A stretch of DNA of 64,000 nt, taken from assembly GCA_963719225.1 (NCBI GenBank), contig CAVRAY010000001.1:576001-640000 (forward strand), written 5' to 3'. The stretch is from Thermoanaerobaculia bacterium (GTDB lineage: Bacteria > Acidobacteriota > Thermoanaerobaculia > UBA5066). Positions 19,845-29,703 of the stretch are shown here, piece by piece. The position numbers were made by a program, and so were the translations under genes. Position 1 is the first letter of the stretch; every line of letters begins with the position of its first letter. The notes beneath the pieces are model-generated. The model worked only from the letters and a program-made list of their open reading frames with translations. It searched no databases and was not told the origin of the DNA.

Positions 19845-21196
19845 CCCTTTTCGCGGGGAGAGAGATTCCGACCGGTCGCGACACTCCCTACGTGCCTCGA
19901 TTCAGGACACTCTTTCTCGTCGTGCTTCTACTCTTTCCGGCTTCCGGGTTGCGGGGCGAGGAGGCCGCGAATGCGTCCTGTGCCGGGGCCCTGGTCGTCG
20001 ATCCGGCCGCCCTTCCATGGGCCTCGGAGGGCGTGGACACGCGGGCCGTCGTGGACGACGGCAATCCCCCCGTTTTCCCCTGCTATACGAAGGGCCAGCT
20101 CACGGGCGGAGGGCAGGCGCCCCCGGCCCGCCTCGCCTGGTACTCCTTCACCCCGGCGGCCTCGGATACGTACCGGATCGACACGATCGGAACGACGCCC
20201 GCGGCCGATTACGACACGATCATCGGAATCTACGCCGGCTCCTGCGGCTCCCTCACTCCCGTCTCGGGAATCTGCCGTCAGAACGGCTTTTTTCCCGACG
20301 ATGCGCCCGGGTCTCTCCAGTCGTCGGTGACGCTGCTCCTGGAAGCGGGCACGACGTACACGATCGCCGTCGGCGGGATCGGGCAGCCGAACGGCTTCAC
20401 GGGCCAGTTCGAGCCCGCGAAGGGCGGTCTCCTCCGCCTGAACGTCTCCCGGGTGGCCGTCGGATATCCCTATGTGTACCTCCTCCCGTCGGTCGCGCGC
20501 ACCGGCGGCTTCGTCAGCGACTTCGCGGTCACGAACGTGGAAGGCGCCGACGGCCAGTTCGTCATCCAGTATCTCGGGCACGGGAACGACGGAGATCAGA
20601 ACGTGCCGGCGCAGCAGCCGTCGGCGAGCCCGCTGCGGCTCGCGCCGTACGGATCGCGCGAGATTCCGGACGTTCTGGGTTCGCTCTTCTCGATTTCCTC
20701 GGATTTCGGCGCCCTTCTGGTCAAGTCCACGAATCGGCTGCTCATCGGCGCGCGGACGTCGTCGCCCGCCCCCGGGGGAGCGGGCACGTTCGGGCAGTTC
20801 ACCGAGGCGGTGGACGTGTCTTCCGGCGCTTCTCCGAGCCCGGCGCTCGCATTCGGTGAGACGGGGCGGTTCGTCGCCGTCCGGGAAGATGCGTCCGCGC
20901 GGACGAATCTCGTGCTCGTGAACACGTCGATGTCGCCCTGCGCCGTACAGTCCGCCGTCCTGGACGCCGGCGGGATACCGCTGGGCCCTGTGCGGACGTT
21001 CACGGTTCCGCCGCACACGATGATCCAGAAGAACCGGCTCAAGGAGACGTTCGGGATCGCCGGGGACGTTCGCGCGGCCACCGTCCTCGTCCGGAACGTC
21101 ACGGCGGGCTGCTCCGTGGCCGGGACCGCCTACGTGGTCGACGGGAACACGGCGACCGGCACGAACGACCCCTTCGCGGTGCCGCTTCGCAAGTAG
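19841..21196 (+). CDS. Secreted hypothetical protein (PPC-like N-terminal domain plus two beta-sandwich domains)
   Basis: Signal peptide FLVVLLLFPASGLRG; WYSFTP...YRIDT...DYDTII; start could be GTG 19892. Confidence 0.6.
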   Translation: MTLFAGREIPTGRDTPYVPRFRTLFLVVLLLFPASGLRGEEAANASCAGALVVDPAALPWASEGVDTRAVVDDGNPPVFPCYTKGQLTGGGQAPPARLAWYSFTPAASDTYRIDTIGTTPAADYDTIIGIYAGSCGSLTPVSGICRQNGFFPDDAPGSLQSSVTLLLEAGTTYTIAVGGIGQPNGFTGQFEPAKGGLLRLNVSRVAVGYPYVYLLPSVARTGGFVSDFAVTNVEGADGQFVIQYLGHGNDGDQNVPAQQPSASPLRLAPYGSREIPDVLGSLFSISSDFGALLVKSTNRLLIGARTSSPAPGGAGTFGQFTEAVDVSSGASPSPALAFGETGRFVAVREDASARTNLVLVNTSMSPCAVQSAVLDAGGIPLGPVRTFTVPPHTMIQKNRLKETFGIAGDVRAATVLVRNVTAGCSVAGTAYVVDGNTATGTNDPFAVPLRK

Positions 21197-21227
21197 CGGG
21201 CGCGGCCCCGTGTAGACTTCCCCGTTC

Positions 21228-22085
21228 GTGCAGACGGTCATCCTCGGAGCCGGCGGAATGCTCGGGCGGGCGCTGGGACGCGAGTTCCCGGAGGCCGAGC
21301 GCTTCACACGCGCGGCCCTGGACATCACCGACGCCACCGCGCTTCGCGCGGCCCTGACCCCCGACACGCGCCTCGTTCTGAACGCGGCTGCCGACACGCG
21401 CGTCGACGCCGCCGAGACCGACCCGCACCACGTCATGGTCAACGTCGTCGCGGTGGGGGCGCTCGCCGCTCTCTGCCGCAAACTCGATGCGACGCTCGTG
21501 CACGTCTCGACCGACTACGTCTTCTCGGGGAAGGGAATCCGTCCCTACCGTGAGGATGACCCCGTCGACCCCGTGAACGCGTACGGCCGCGCCAAGCTCA
21601 TGGGGGAGCGGCGCGCGTTCGAGGAGGGCGACGAGGTGCTCGTGCTTCGAACCTCGTGGGTCTTCGGCATGGGCGGGGTGAACTTCGTGGACACGATCCT
21701 GAAGAAGGTCGAGAGCGGCGCGCGCGACCTCTCGGTCGTGAGCGACCAGGTTGCGCGGCCCGCGTACGCGGCCGACGTCGCGCACGCGATCCACCAGCTC
21801 GTCGAAAAGCGGATCACGGGCGTCGTTCACTTCGCGAATGCGGGGGAAGCGACGTGGCACGAGCTCGCCTCGGAGGCGATTGCCCGCGAGGGCCATGCGG
21901 ACGTCCGGGTGAAGGCGGTTTCGACGTCGGAGGTTCCGAGGCCCGCGCGGCGGCCGCGCTGGTCGGTTCTCGATACGTCGCTCTACGAGCGCCTCACGGG
22001 CTCCTCGCCGCGCTCGTGGCGGGAGGCTCTCGGGGATTACCTCGCCGAGCGCCGTGCCGCCGCGCCCGCGCGTCCTGTTCCATGA
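21228..22085 (+). CDS. rfbD: dTDP-4-dehydrorhamnose reductase
   Basis: GAGGMLG, STDYVF, YGRAK, LRTSWVF, VVSDQ. Confidence 0.88.
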   Translation: MQTVILGAGGMLGRALGREFPEAERFTRAALDITDATALRAALTPDTRLVLNAAADTRVDAAETDPHHVMVNVVAVGALAALCRKLDATLVHVSTDYVFSGKGIRPYREDDPVDPVNAYGRAKLMGERRAFEEGDEVLVLRTSWVFGMGGVNFVDTILKKVESGARDLSVVSDQVARPAYAADVAHAIHQLVEKRITGVVHFANAGEATWHELASEAIAREGHADVRVKAVSTSEVPRPARRPRWSVLDTSLYERLTGSSPRSWREALGDYLAERRAAAPARPVP

Positions 22086-23422
22086 CGCTCACGAGGCCCG
22101 AGGCGGCGCGCAAGGCGCTGCACATCGGGATGGCGGGATTCGCACTGCTTCTCCGAAGTCTGACGTGGCAAGAGGCCGCCCTCGCCGCGAGTGTCGCCTT
22201 GCTTTTCAATGCGGCATTCTTCCCGCGGGTTTTGCCGCATTTTCTTAGAAGAGAAGAAAGGGCGGCGCGCTTCTCCGTCGGGATCGCGCTCTACGCGGCC
22301 ACGGTGCTCCTGCTGATCATCACCTTTCGAAGAAATCCCCCGATTGCCGCCGCCGGATGGGGATACCTGGCCTTTGGCGACGGGTTTGCCTCCCTCGTCG
22401 GCATGACGCTCGAGGGTCCCCGGCTTCCCTGGAACCGGCAAAAGACTCTCGCGGGCTTTTCCGGCTACGTCGTCTTCGGCTTTCTCGGAGCGTCTTTTCT
22501 CTTCGGATTCCTCTCCTCCCGGGTTCCTTCTTCCTCCGAGCTGATCTGTCTCCTCGCGGGAGCGCTCGCGGGAGCGGCCCTCGAGAGTCTTCCGTCCGAG
22601 CTGAACGACAACGTCCTGCCGCCGCTCGTGGGGGCCGCGGTGCTCTTTTGTCTGCTCGGAACACGCGCCGGATGGCCGGACCTGCTCGAGCCCGGAGCGC
22701 TCAGGGGCGGGCTCGTCGCGCTCGCGATCAACGTGGCGGTCGGCGTGATCACTCTCGCTCTTCATCTCGTCCGTCCGTCCGGTGCGCTCCTCGGGACTCT
22801 TTTCGGAACGGTCGTCCTCGCGTTCGGCGGCGCTCCTCTCTACCTCTCACTCTGGATCTTCTTCGGCGTCGGCACGCTCGCGACGCGGTTCCACAGGGCG
22901 CGCAAGGAAGCGATCGGGAAGGCGGAGGAAAAGGGCGGCCGGCGGGGCGCGGCGAACGTCCTCGCGAACGTGTCCGTCGCGGCGTTCTGCGCTCTCGTGG
23001 CGGGCCTCGCTCCGAGCGGCGACGTTTTCCGGCTCGCGGCGGCCGCCGCTCTCGCGACGGCCCTCATGGATACGGTCGGCACCGAGATCGGCCAGGCCGT
23101 CGCGTCTCCGACCGTCCTTCTCCCGGACTTCCGGAGAGTTCTGCCGGGAACGGACGGCGCCGTCTCCGTGGCCGGCACGCTGGCCGGCCTTGCGGCGGCC
23201 GCGGGGCTCGCGGCGGCGGGTTACGCGACGTTCCTCCTCACGGCGCGGGGCGCCGCGGCCGTGGTCGGCGCGGCCTTCCTCGGCACCGTCCTCGAGAGCC
23301 TCCTCGGACGCGCGGAAGCTCCCTGGCGCGTCTCGAACGGGCACGTCCTGAACTTCGTGAACACGCTGGCAGGAGCCGCCGCCGCGCCCCTGATCCTCCG
23401 GAGCTTCGGGAGCCTGTCGTGA
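22082..23422 (+). CDS. Phytol/dolichol kinase-like domain fused to DUF92 (membrane protein)
   Basis: N-half RKALH, GDGFASLVG, PWNRQKT, DN; C-half RGAANVLAN, DTVGTEIG, PGTDGAVSVAGT, ESLLG. Confidence 0.8.
   Translation: MTLTRPEAARKALHIGMAGFALLLRSLTWQEAALAASVALLFNAAFFPRVLPHFLRREERAARFSVGIALYAATVLLLIITFRRNPPIAAAGWGYLAFGDGFASLVGMTLEGPRLPWNRQKTLAGFSGYVVFGFLGASFLFGFLSSRVPSSSELICLLAGALAGAALESLPSELNDNVLPPLVGAAVLFCLLGTRAGWPDLLEPGALRGGLVALAINVAVGVITLALHLVRPSGALLGTLFGTVVLAFGGAPLYLSLWIFFGVGTLATRFHRARKEAIGKAEEKGGRRGAANVLANVSVAAFCALVAGLAPSGDVFRLAAAAALATALMDTVGTEIGQAVASPTVLLPDFRRVLPGTDGAVSVAGTLAGLAAAAGLAAAGYATFLLTARGAAAVVGAAFLGTVLESLLGRAEAPWRVSNGHVLNFVNTLAGAAAAPLILRSFGSLS
22238..22341. repeat. Convergent pair of GATTTCTTAGAAGG-type motifs (intragenic)
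   Basis: + ATTTTCTTAGAAGAGAAG at 22239; - GGGGGATTTCTTCGAAAGG at 22323-22341. Confidence 0.5.
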
Positions 23423-24402
23423 ACGTCCGCCAGGCGACGCGTCTTGCCCGCCCCTTCACGCTCCTTCCTCCGCTCCTCGGAATCCTGTCCGGCGCCGTGT
23501 GCGCGTTCGGCAGCGTCCACAACCCGGATTCCGCGCGGCGCGTGACCTGGGAGCTTCTCGCGATCGTCGCGCTGGGCTCGCTCTGCGCGTCTCTTCTCAA
23601 TGCGGCCTCGAACGTGCTCAACCAGATCACCGACCTCGAGGTGGACCGTGTCAACAAGCCCGACAGGCCGCTCGTCACGGGCGAGGTGTCCGTCGCTCAG
23701 GCGTGGCGACTGACCCTTGTTCTCTACGTTCTCGCCCTCGTTCCGACGTGGTGGATCGTCGTGCCGGCACGACCCGGTTTCCTCGCGCGGGCCGGCGCGC
23801 CGCTCGCCGACCACCAGTGCTTCTTTCTGTTCCTCGCCGGCCTCGTGGCGACGCTGATCTATTCGAGCCCGGCGTTCGGGAGGACGAAACGCCTCGGGGT
23901 CTGGGCGAACGTGACGATCGCGATTCCCCGCGGATGCCTCCTCAAGGTCGCGGGCTGGACGCTCGTGGCGTCCGCGTTTTCCTGGGAGCCCTGGGCGATC
24001 GGCTCGATCTTCGGGCTCTTTCTCCTCGGCGCCTCCTCCACGAAGGACTTCTCCGACGCCGAGGGAGACCGGGCGGGCGGCTGCAACACGCTCCCCGTGA
24101 AGTACGGGAACCGCAAGGCCGTGGCGATCATCTCGCCCTTCTTCATCCTGCCGTGGCTGCTGCTGCCGGTTCTCGCGCGAACCCCCGACCCTGCGGCACC
24201 GTCGCACCGCCTCCTGAGCGGCAACCCGGCTCTCCTGACGGCGCTCGGCCTGATCCTCGCCGCCTGGGGCGCCTGGACGGTCCACCTCTTGAGGAGGAAT
24301 CCCGACGAGCTCGCCACGACGGAGAACCACCCGTCGTGGACTCACATGTATCTCATGCTCATGCTGGCGCAAATCGGCTTCGCGGCGGCTTACCTCCTGT
24401 GA
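23419..24402 (+). CDS. UbiA-family prenyltransferase
   Basis: GTGA overlap; NQITDLEVDRVNKPDRPL, YSSP...RTKR and KDFSDAEGD motifs. Confidence 0.88.
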   Translation: MNVRQATRLARPFTLLPPLLGILSGAVCAFGSVHNPDSARRVTWELLAIVALGSLCASLLNAASNVLNQITDLEVDRVNKPDRPLVTGEVSVAQAWRLTLVLYVLALVPTWWIVVPARPGFLARAGAPLADHQCFFLFLAGLVATLIYSSPAFGRTKRLGVWANVTIAIPRGCLLKVAGWTLVASAFSWEPWAIGSIFGLFLLGASSTKDFSDAEGDRAGGCNTLPVKYGNRKAVAIISPFFILPWLLLPVLARTPDPAAPSHRLLSGNPALLTALGLILAAWGAWTVHLLRRNPDELATTENHPSWTHMYLMLMLAQIGFAAAYLL

Positions 24403-24450
24403 CGGCGCTTTTTTGGGAACGCGGCCCGCGAGCGTAGGATGCGAAGGGCA

Positions 24451-24990
24451 ATGGCCGAGCCCGCCTATTCCATGCCCTCGCCCGATCTGCCCGCGCTCAC
24501 CGTGCGGTGGGAGGGGCTCGTCGTCGCGATCGATGCCACGACGTTGAACACGATCGCACGCAAGGCCACGCGGAAGGTGCCCGAGGTTCGGGAGATCCTC
24601 ATCGAGCCCGAGGACGGCCGGCTCGGCCTGTCCGTGCGCATCAAGAAAGGGATTCCCGTGGCTTTCAAGGGCCACCTCGAGAGCCTGCGCTTCAAGGACG
24701 GTTTCCTGGGGTTCACGATCGCCGACCTCCACGTCTTCGGCGTCGTGCCGATTCCGAACTGGGTCATCACGAAGATCGTCGATCGGCAGCCCGAGGGCCG
24801 CGCGTTCTTCTACCCCGAGGAGAGGATCGTCGTCGTGAACCTCAACGGCGTCATGCCGCCGGAGCTCTCCGTGCAGGTGAAGGAAGTCGTGTGCGAGAAC
24901 GGCGAGATGCGCTTCGTGTTCGGTCCGAGCCAGTACCGGCTGGACCGGGTCATCGAGGAGATGGGCAAGGACCCGTTCTCGGACGAGTGA
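24451..24990 (+). CDS. Hypothetical protein
   Basis: Coding-like GC3 bias, no recognised motif; alternative ATG 24439. Confidence 0.65.
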   Translation: MAEPAYSMPSPDLPALTVRWEGLVVAIDATTLNTIARKATRKVPEVREILIEPEDGRLGLSVRIKKGIPVAFKGHLESLRFKDGFLGFTIADLHVFGVVPIPNWVITKIVDRQPEGRAFFYPEERIVVVNLNGVMPPELSVQVKEVVCENGEMRFVFGPSQYRLDRVIEEMGKDPFSDE

Positions 24991-25017
24991 CGCGGGACGC
25001 GCGGCTCGAAACGCGCT

Positions 25018-25605
25018 CTAGTCGATCCAGATCTTCACGTGCGCGTCGGGGGCGGTGATCTCCACGAGGTCGCCGCGCTCGGCGTGCCGGAGCTGGGCGA
25101 CGAGGGCGTCCACGTCGAGGTTGCGGTCGTCCGTCGAGACGGAGTCCACGATGCGCCACGGCATTCGGAGGGTCACGAGCTCCTCCGGGTGGTCGTTCTT
25201 TCGGACCTCCAGGGTCACCTGATCGCCCTCCTTCTTGACGTGGATCTCGGCGTCGTCATGCGTCCGCACGACGTCCGTGCCGTCCGGCTTGTCCTTCAGC
25301 TCCTGCACGATCGTGCGGATGTCGCTCGCGTCCACCGATTGGTCGAAGTGAAGTTCCATCTCGCGCCGCACCTTTCCGAGAGAGGCGAAGCGCAGCGCGC
25401 CCGAGACGAAGGAATAGGGAACCGCGAAGGACACCCGGGGCCGGTCGTGCCGGAGATCCTGGACCTGCATCCTGAGGAAGCGGGGGCCGCGGACGCTCCG
25501 GCTCGCGTGACCGGGCACGATCGCCGAGTAGGCGAGAAGGAACAGAGCGAACAGGAACAGGGCGTTGACGACGGATCGAAGCTCTCTTCCAACTGGCTGG
25601 CTCAC
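25018..25605 (-). CDS. Exported hypothetical protein with an internal two-fold repeat
   Basis: N-terminal hydrophobic helix; repeated units RVSFAVPYSFV / LVTLRMPWRIV. Confidence 0.65.
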   Translation of the reverse strand: MSQPVGRELRSVVNALFLFALFLLAYSAIVPGHASRSVRGPRFLRMQVQDLRHDRPRVSFAVPYSFVSGALRFASLGKVRREMELHFDQSVDASDIRTIVQELKDKPDGTDVVRTHDDAEIHVKKEGDQVTLEVRKNDHPEELVTLRMPWRIVDSVSTDDRNLDVDALVAQLRHAERGDLVEITAPDAHVKIWID

Positions 25606-25718
25606 GAGGACCTCCGGCTTCCAGAAAGGGAAACGAGGAAGGGCGGAAAAAGGTTCCGCCGTCCTCCGGCATGGACATTCCCCCCCGCCGATGCTAGCTT
25701 TTCCTCGAAGGGCGGGCC

Positions 25719-26168
25719 ATGCCTCACTTCATTCACGACACGTGCATCGGATGCGGGGTCTGCGAGATCAAGTGCCCGACGCATACGATCACGGGCGGCA
25801 AGAACGAGAAGTTCATCATCCACCAGGACCGGTGCATCGACTGCTCCGTGTGCGCGGTCTACTGCCCGGTCTCGTGCATCCAGGACCAGCACGGCGACCT
25901 CATCCAGAAGGTCAAGCCGAAGGACATCCCGAAGGCCATCGTGGACCGCGAGCTCTGCACGGCATGCGAGTTCTGCATCGACATCTGCCCGTTCGACTGC
26001 ATCCACCTCGTGGCCGACCCCCTCGCCCCGAACCTCCATTACAAGGTGGCCGAGGTGGACGCCGCCCCGTGCGTGTCCTGCCGTCTCTGCGAGACGGTCT
26101 GCGACAAGGACGCCATTTACGTCCCGAACCCGGTCACGCAGGCGAAACAGTACCTGCCGGTCCTGTAA
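25719..26168 (+). CDS. Polyferredoxin (4 x [4Fe-4S] motifs)
   Basis: CIGCGVCEIKCP, CIDCSVCAVYCP, CTACEFCIDICP, CVSCRLCETVC. Confidence 0.9.
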   Translation: MPHFIHDTCIGCGVCEIKCPTHTITGGKNEKFIIHQDRCIDCSVCAVYCPVSCIQDQHGDLIQKVKPKDIPKAIVDRELCTACEFCIDICPFDCIHLVADPLAPNLHYKVAEVDAAPCVSCRLCETVCDKDAIYVPNPVTQAKQYLPVL

Positions 26169-27071
26169 TTGACCGAAGCCCCTCCTTCCGAAACAGAAGA
26201 ATCCACCGTCCCGACACCCGCCGGGCGGCTGCTCGTCCAGTTCTTCGTCATCCCGCTGTTCGTCGTCGGCGTGGCGGTCTTCGTCTTCTGGCTCTTCGGC
26301 GCCATCGCCGTCGACAGGAAGAATGCGGCGGAGCTCCTGAGCGACGTGCGCACGGGGAGCCGGAACCAGCGCTGGCAGTCGGCCTTCGAGCTCACGAAAA
26401 AGCTGCCTGCTCTCACCGATCCGAAGGAGCGCGCGGCCTTCTCGGCTGCGGCGCTGCGCGCTTACGAGGGCGCCGAGAACGACGACCCGCGCGTGCGGCG
26501 GTACCTGACCCTCGTCCTCGGACGCCTCGGGGACCCGCGGGCCGTTCCGCTCCTCGAGAAGGCGCTCGACGACAAGGACCCCGAGACGCGCCTGTACGCT
26601 CTGTGGGCGCTCGCTCTCGTCGGAGATCCCGCCTCGGCGCCCCGCGTGCGCGGGCTGCTCGAATCCGAAGACCCCGGAATCCGCAAGACGGCGGCCTACG
26701 CGCTCGGGCGCATGGAAGACGGCGAGGCGATCCCCGCGCTGAAGAAGCTCCTCGCCGATTCCGTCACGGACGTCCGCTGGAACGCGGCGCTCGCCCTCGC
26801 GACGCTGGACGACTCCGCCGGTCGCGACGTCCTCGTCGGCATGTGCGACCGCGAGCGGCTGCGGTCGACGCCCGGCCTCTCCGCGGACCAGCAGGAGGAC
26901 GCGCTCCTCAACGGCCTGCGCGGCCTCGTGCTCCTGCACGACCCCGCGACGAAGACGCTCGGCGGGAAGATGGCCGATGCGGATCCCTCGCTGCGCGTGC
27001 GGCGCGAGGCGAAAAAGATCCTCCTCGGAGAGAAGGCGACCGCGCCACCGCGGCCGAAAGGCGCGCCTTGA
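26169..27071 (+). CDS. Membrane-anchored HEAT-repeat protein
   Basis: One N-terminal TM helix; repeats VRRYLTLVLG, TRLYALWALA, IRKTAAYALG, VRWNAALALA. Confidence 0.82.
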   Translation: MTEAPPSETEESTVPTPAGRLLVQFFVIPLFVVGVAVFVFWLFGAIAVDRKNAAELLSDVRTGSRNQRWQSAFELTKKLPALTDPKERAAFSAAALRAYEGAENDDPRVRRYLTLVLGRLGDPRAVPLLEKALDDKDPETRLYALWALALVGDPASAPRVRGLLESEDPGIRKTAAYALGRMEDGEAIPALKKLLADSVTDVRWNAALALATLDDSAGRDVLVGMCDRERLRSTPGLSADQQEDALLNGLRGLVLLHDPATKTLGGKMADADPSLRVRREAKKILLGEKATAPPRPKGAP

Positions 27072-27123
27072 CGGAGCCCGGAATTTTTGAGACTTTGTCT
27101 CACGTTCTTGCTCGAGGGGGCGG

Positions 27124-27666
27124 ATGACGGAAACGAGTTCGGTTCGAGTCGCGGCCGCGGAAAACGCGGCCGCTGCCCCCACGCGCCGCAGTTTCATCAG
27201 CTGGCTCGCCGTCGGATGGCTCGCGTTCGCCGCCGGCGTCGGCGCGTTCGTCACGACGATGGCGCGTTTCCTGTTCCCGAACGTCCTCTTCGAGCCGCCG
27301 TCTTCCTTCAAGGCGGGCTTCCCGGCCGACTACCAGGTCGGCGAGGTCGACGAGCGCTGGAAGGAGAAGTTCCAGATCTGGGTCGTCCGCAACACGGAGA
27401 TGATCTACGCGCTCATCACGATCTGCACGCACCTCGGGTGCATTCCGAACTGGCTTCCCGCGCAGAACAAGTTCAAGTGCCCGTGCCACGGCTCGGGCTA
27501 CTACCGCTCCGGCATCAATTTCGAAGGACCGACGCCACGGCCTCTCGAGCGCGCGGCCATCTCCATCTCGCCCGAGGACGGGCAGATCTTCATCGACAAG
27601 TCGCGGAAGTTCCTTTACGAGAAGGGCCAGTGGACCGACCCCGCGGCCTTCATCAAGACGGCTTAG
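27124..27666 (+). CDS. Rieske iron-sulfur subunit of a bc/b6f-type complex
   Basis: Tat-like TRRSFI, TM helix, CTHLGC and CPCHGS, GPTPRPL. Confidence 0.93.
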   Translation: MTETSSVRVAAAENAAAAPTRRSFISWLAVGWLAFAAGVGAFVTTMARFLFPNVLFEPPSSFKAGFPADYQVGEVDERWKEKFQIWVVRNTEMIYALITICTHLGCIPNWLPAQNKFKCPCHGSGYYRSGINFEGPTPRPLERAAISISPEDGQIFIDKSRKFLYEKGQWTDPAAFIKTA

Positions 27667-27710
27667 GAAGAAAGATCGAAGAAAGAGATTTTCTCAGAAG
27701 GTAAGAGGGG
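27667..27710 (+). repeat. Single copy of the purine-tract/GATTTTCTCAGAAGG motif
   Basis: GAAGAAAGATCGAAGAAAGAGATTTTCTCAGAAGGTAAGAGGGG between the Rieske and cytochrome b genes. Confidence 0.6.
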
Positions 27711-27716
27711 AACGGC

Positions 27717-28513
27717 GTGAGCCTCGAAAAGTCCTGGCGTCGCTTCCAGAACCACGTCGTCGAGACGCAGATCTGGAAGTCCATCTTCCGCGTCGGCATC
27801 CCGAACACGAACCGCAAGCGCGTGCTCGCGATGCTCGGCGAACGTCGTGCTCCACCTGCACCCGGTGAAGACGCGCAAGTCGGGGGTGAAGATGCGCTAC
27901 ACGTGGTGCATGCCGGCGGGATGACGTTCTTCCTGTTCCTGACGTCGACGTTCACCGGCCTTCTCCTGATGTTCTATTACCGGCCGACGATCGAGTACGC
28001 CTACGGCGACATGCTCGACCTGCGCGAGCAGGTGCCCTTCGGGATCATGCGCGAGATGCACCGCTGGGGGGCGCACGCGATGGTGATCTCGGTGTGGCTC
28101 CACATGTTCCGGGTGTTCATGACCGGCTCGTACAAGCCGCCGCGCGAGTTCAACTGGAACGTCGGCGTCGTCCTGCTCGTGCTCACGTTGCTGCTGTCCT
28201 TCACGGGCTACCTGCTGCCGTGGGACCAGCTCGCGATCTGGGCCATCACGGTCGGCTCGAACATGGCGCGCGCGACGCCGCTCGCGGGCAACGAAGGGCC
28301 GTTGGCCGTCACTCGTCCGTCAACGGCGTGAACCTCGTGCACGCGGGCGACGATGCCCGTTTCGGCCTGCTCGGCGGACGCTTCGTGGGCGCGGCGACGC
28401 TGCTGCGCTTCTACGTGCTCCACTGCATCTTCATCCCGCTCGTCGCCGCCTTCCTGATGGCCGTCCACTTCTGGCGCGTACGCAAGGATGGAGGCATCTC
28501 GGGGCCGCTCTGA
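27717..28513 (+). CDS. Cytochrome b N-terminal (b6-like) subunit, with three apparent frameshifts
   Basis: Reconstructed: LHLHPVK...[37 protein letters not shown]...[15 protein letters not shown]. Indels near 27840, 27913 and 28310. Confidence 0.88.
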
Positions 28514-29670
28514 TGCGAGCAGGCCGAGACGTCTCGAGAGCGTCCCGTCAACTTCCTCGCGGAGAGCCGATGGGGGATCAGCTCTTCTATCGAGCGGCCT
28601 AAAGACCTTCATCGACTGGCTCGCGTCGCCCGCCATCGCGGTGACGGCTGTCCGATGATCGTCTCTCGTCGCGCGATGTTCTACAAGCCGCTCTGGACGA
28701 AGAAGGGCTGGTCGTCCTCGTTCGCCAGCTCGTGCGGCGGGTTCGCCTTCGCTTCACGGATCCGAACTTCCGCATCGATCGCGACCAAGCCCGACAACGT
28801 CCCGATCGCGTGATGCTCTTCCTCGTGGGCTTCTTCTTCTGGTAGCCCTGCGGCAGGCGGACCTGCAACGACGAGCGCATGTCGCGCGGGCGAGCTCGCC
28901 TCTCGAGAAGGACGAGACGACAAGAAGGTCTTCGTCTGGCCCGACCTCGTCTACAGTCGAGCTCGTCTGCATGATCATCCTGACTCGATCGTGATCGTCG
29001 TCTGGTCGATCGTGCTCAAGGCGCCCTCGAGGAGCCAGCGAATCCCGACGCGGCCCCGAACCCGGCGAAGGCGCCGTGGTACTTCCTCGGGCTACAGGAG
29101 ATGCTGGTCTACTTCGACCCGTGGATGGCCGGCGTCGTCCTGCCGACGCTGATCATCGTGGGGCTCATGGCGATCCCGTACATCGACACGAACCCGCAAG
29201 GGAACGGCTATTTCTCGTTTCGCGAGCGGAAGTGGGAGATCGTCATGTTCTTCTTCGGCTTCATCATCCTGTGGGTCGTCCTCATCATCCTCGGGACGTT
29301 CCTGCGCGGGCCGAACTGGAACTTCTTCGGCCCGTACGAGTACTGGGATCCGAACAAGCTCGTTCCACTGAACAACGTGAGCGTCTCGGAGATCTTCTGG
29401 GTCAAGTGGCTGAAGACGGCCCTCCCGACCTTTTGGCTCAAGCGCGAGCTGCCGGGAATCCTCCTCGTCCTCTTCTACCTCGGCGCGCTGCCCGGACTTC
29501 TTTCCAAGACTCTCTTCAAGCGCTTCTACGAAAAGATGGGGATGGTCCGCTTCTTCGTGGGCGTGAACCTGTTTCTCATCATGCTCGCCGTGCCCATCAA
29601 GATGTACCTGAGGTGGATCTTCAACCTCAAGTACATCGTCAACATCCAGGAATTCTCTTTCAATATCTGA
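28513..29670 (+). CDS. Cytochrome b C-terminal (subunit IV-like) protein; 5' half garbled by indels
   Basis: Fragments in shifting frames: DPNF, KPDNVPI, VFVWPDLVY, ELVCMII, PNPAKAPWYFLGLQEMLVYFDPW; clean frame from about 29030 to 29670. Confidence 0.75.
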
Positions 29671-29703
29671 ATCGCATGGAATACATGCTCGGCAACATCT
29701 GAC

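Noticed and set aside
27830-27920. Programmed double frameshift or recoding in cytochrome b
   Set aside because: The indels are not at slippery sites and lie within a broader error-dense stretch, so assembly error is more parsimonious.
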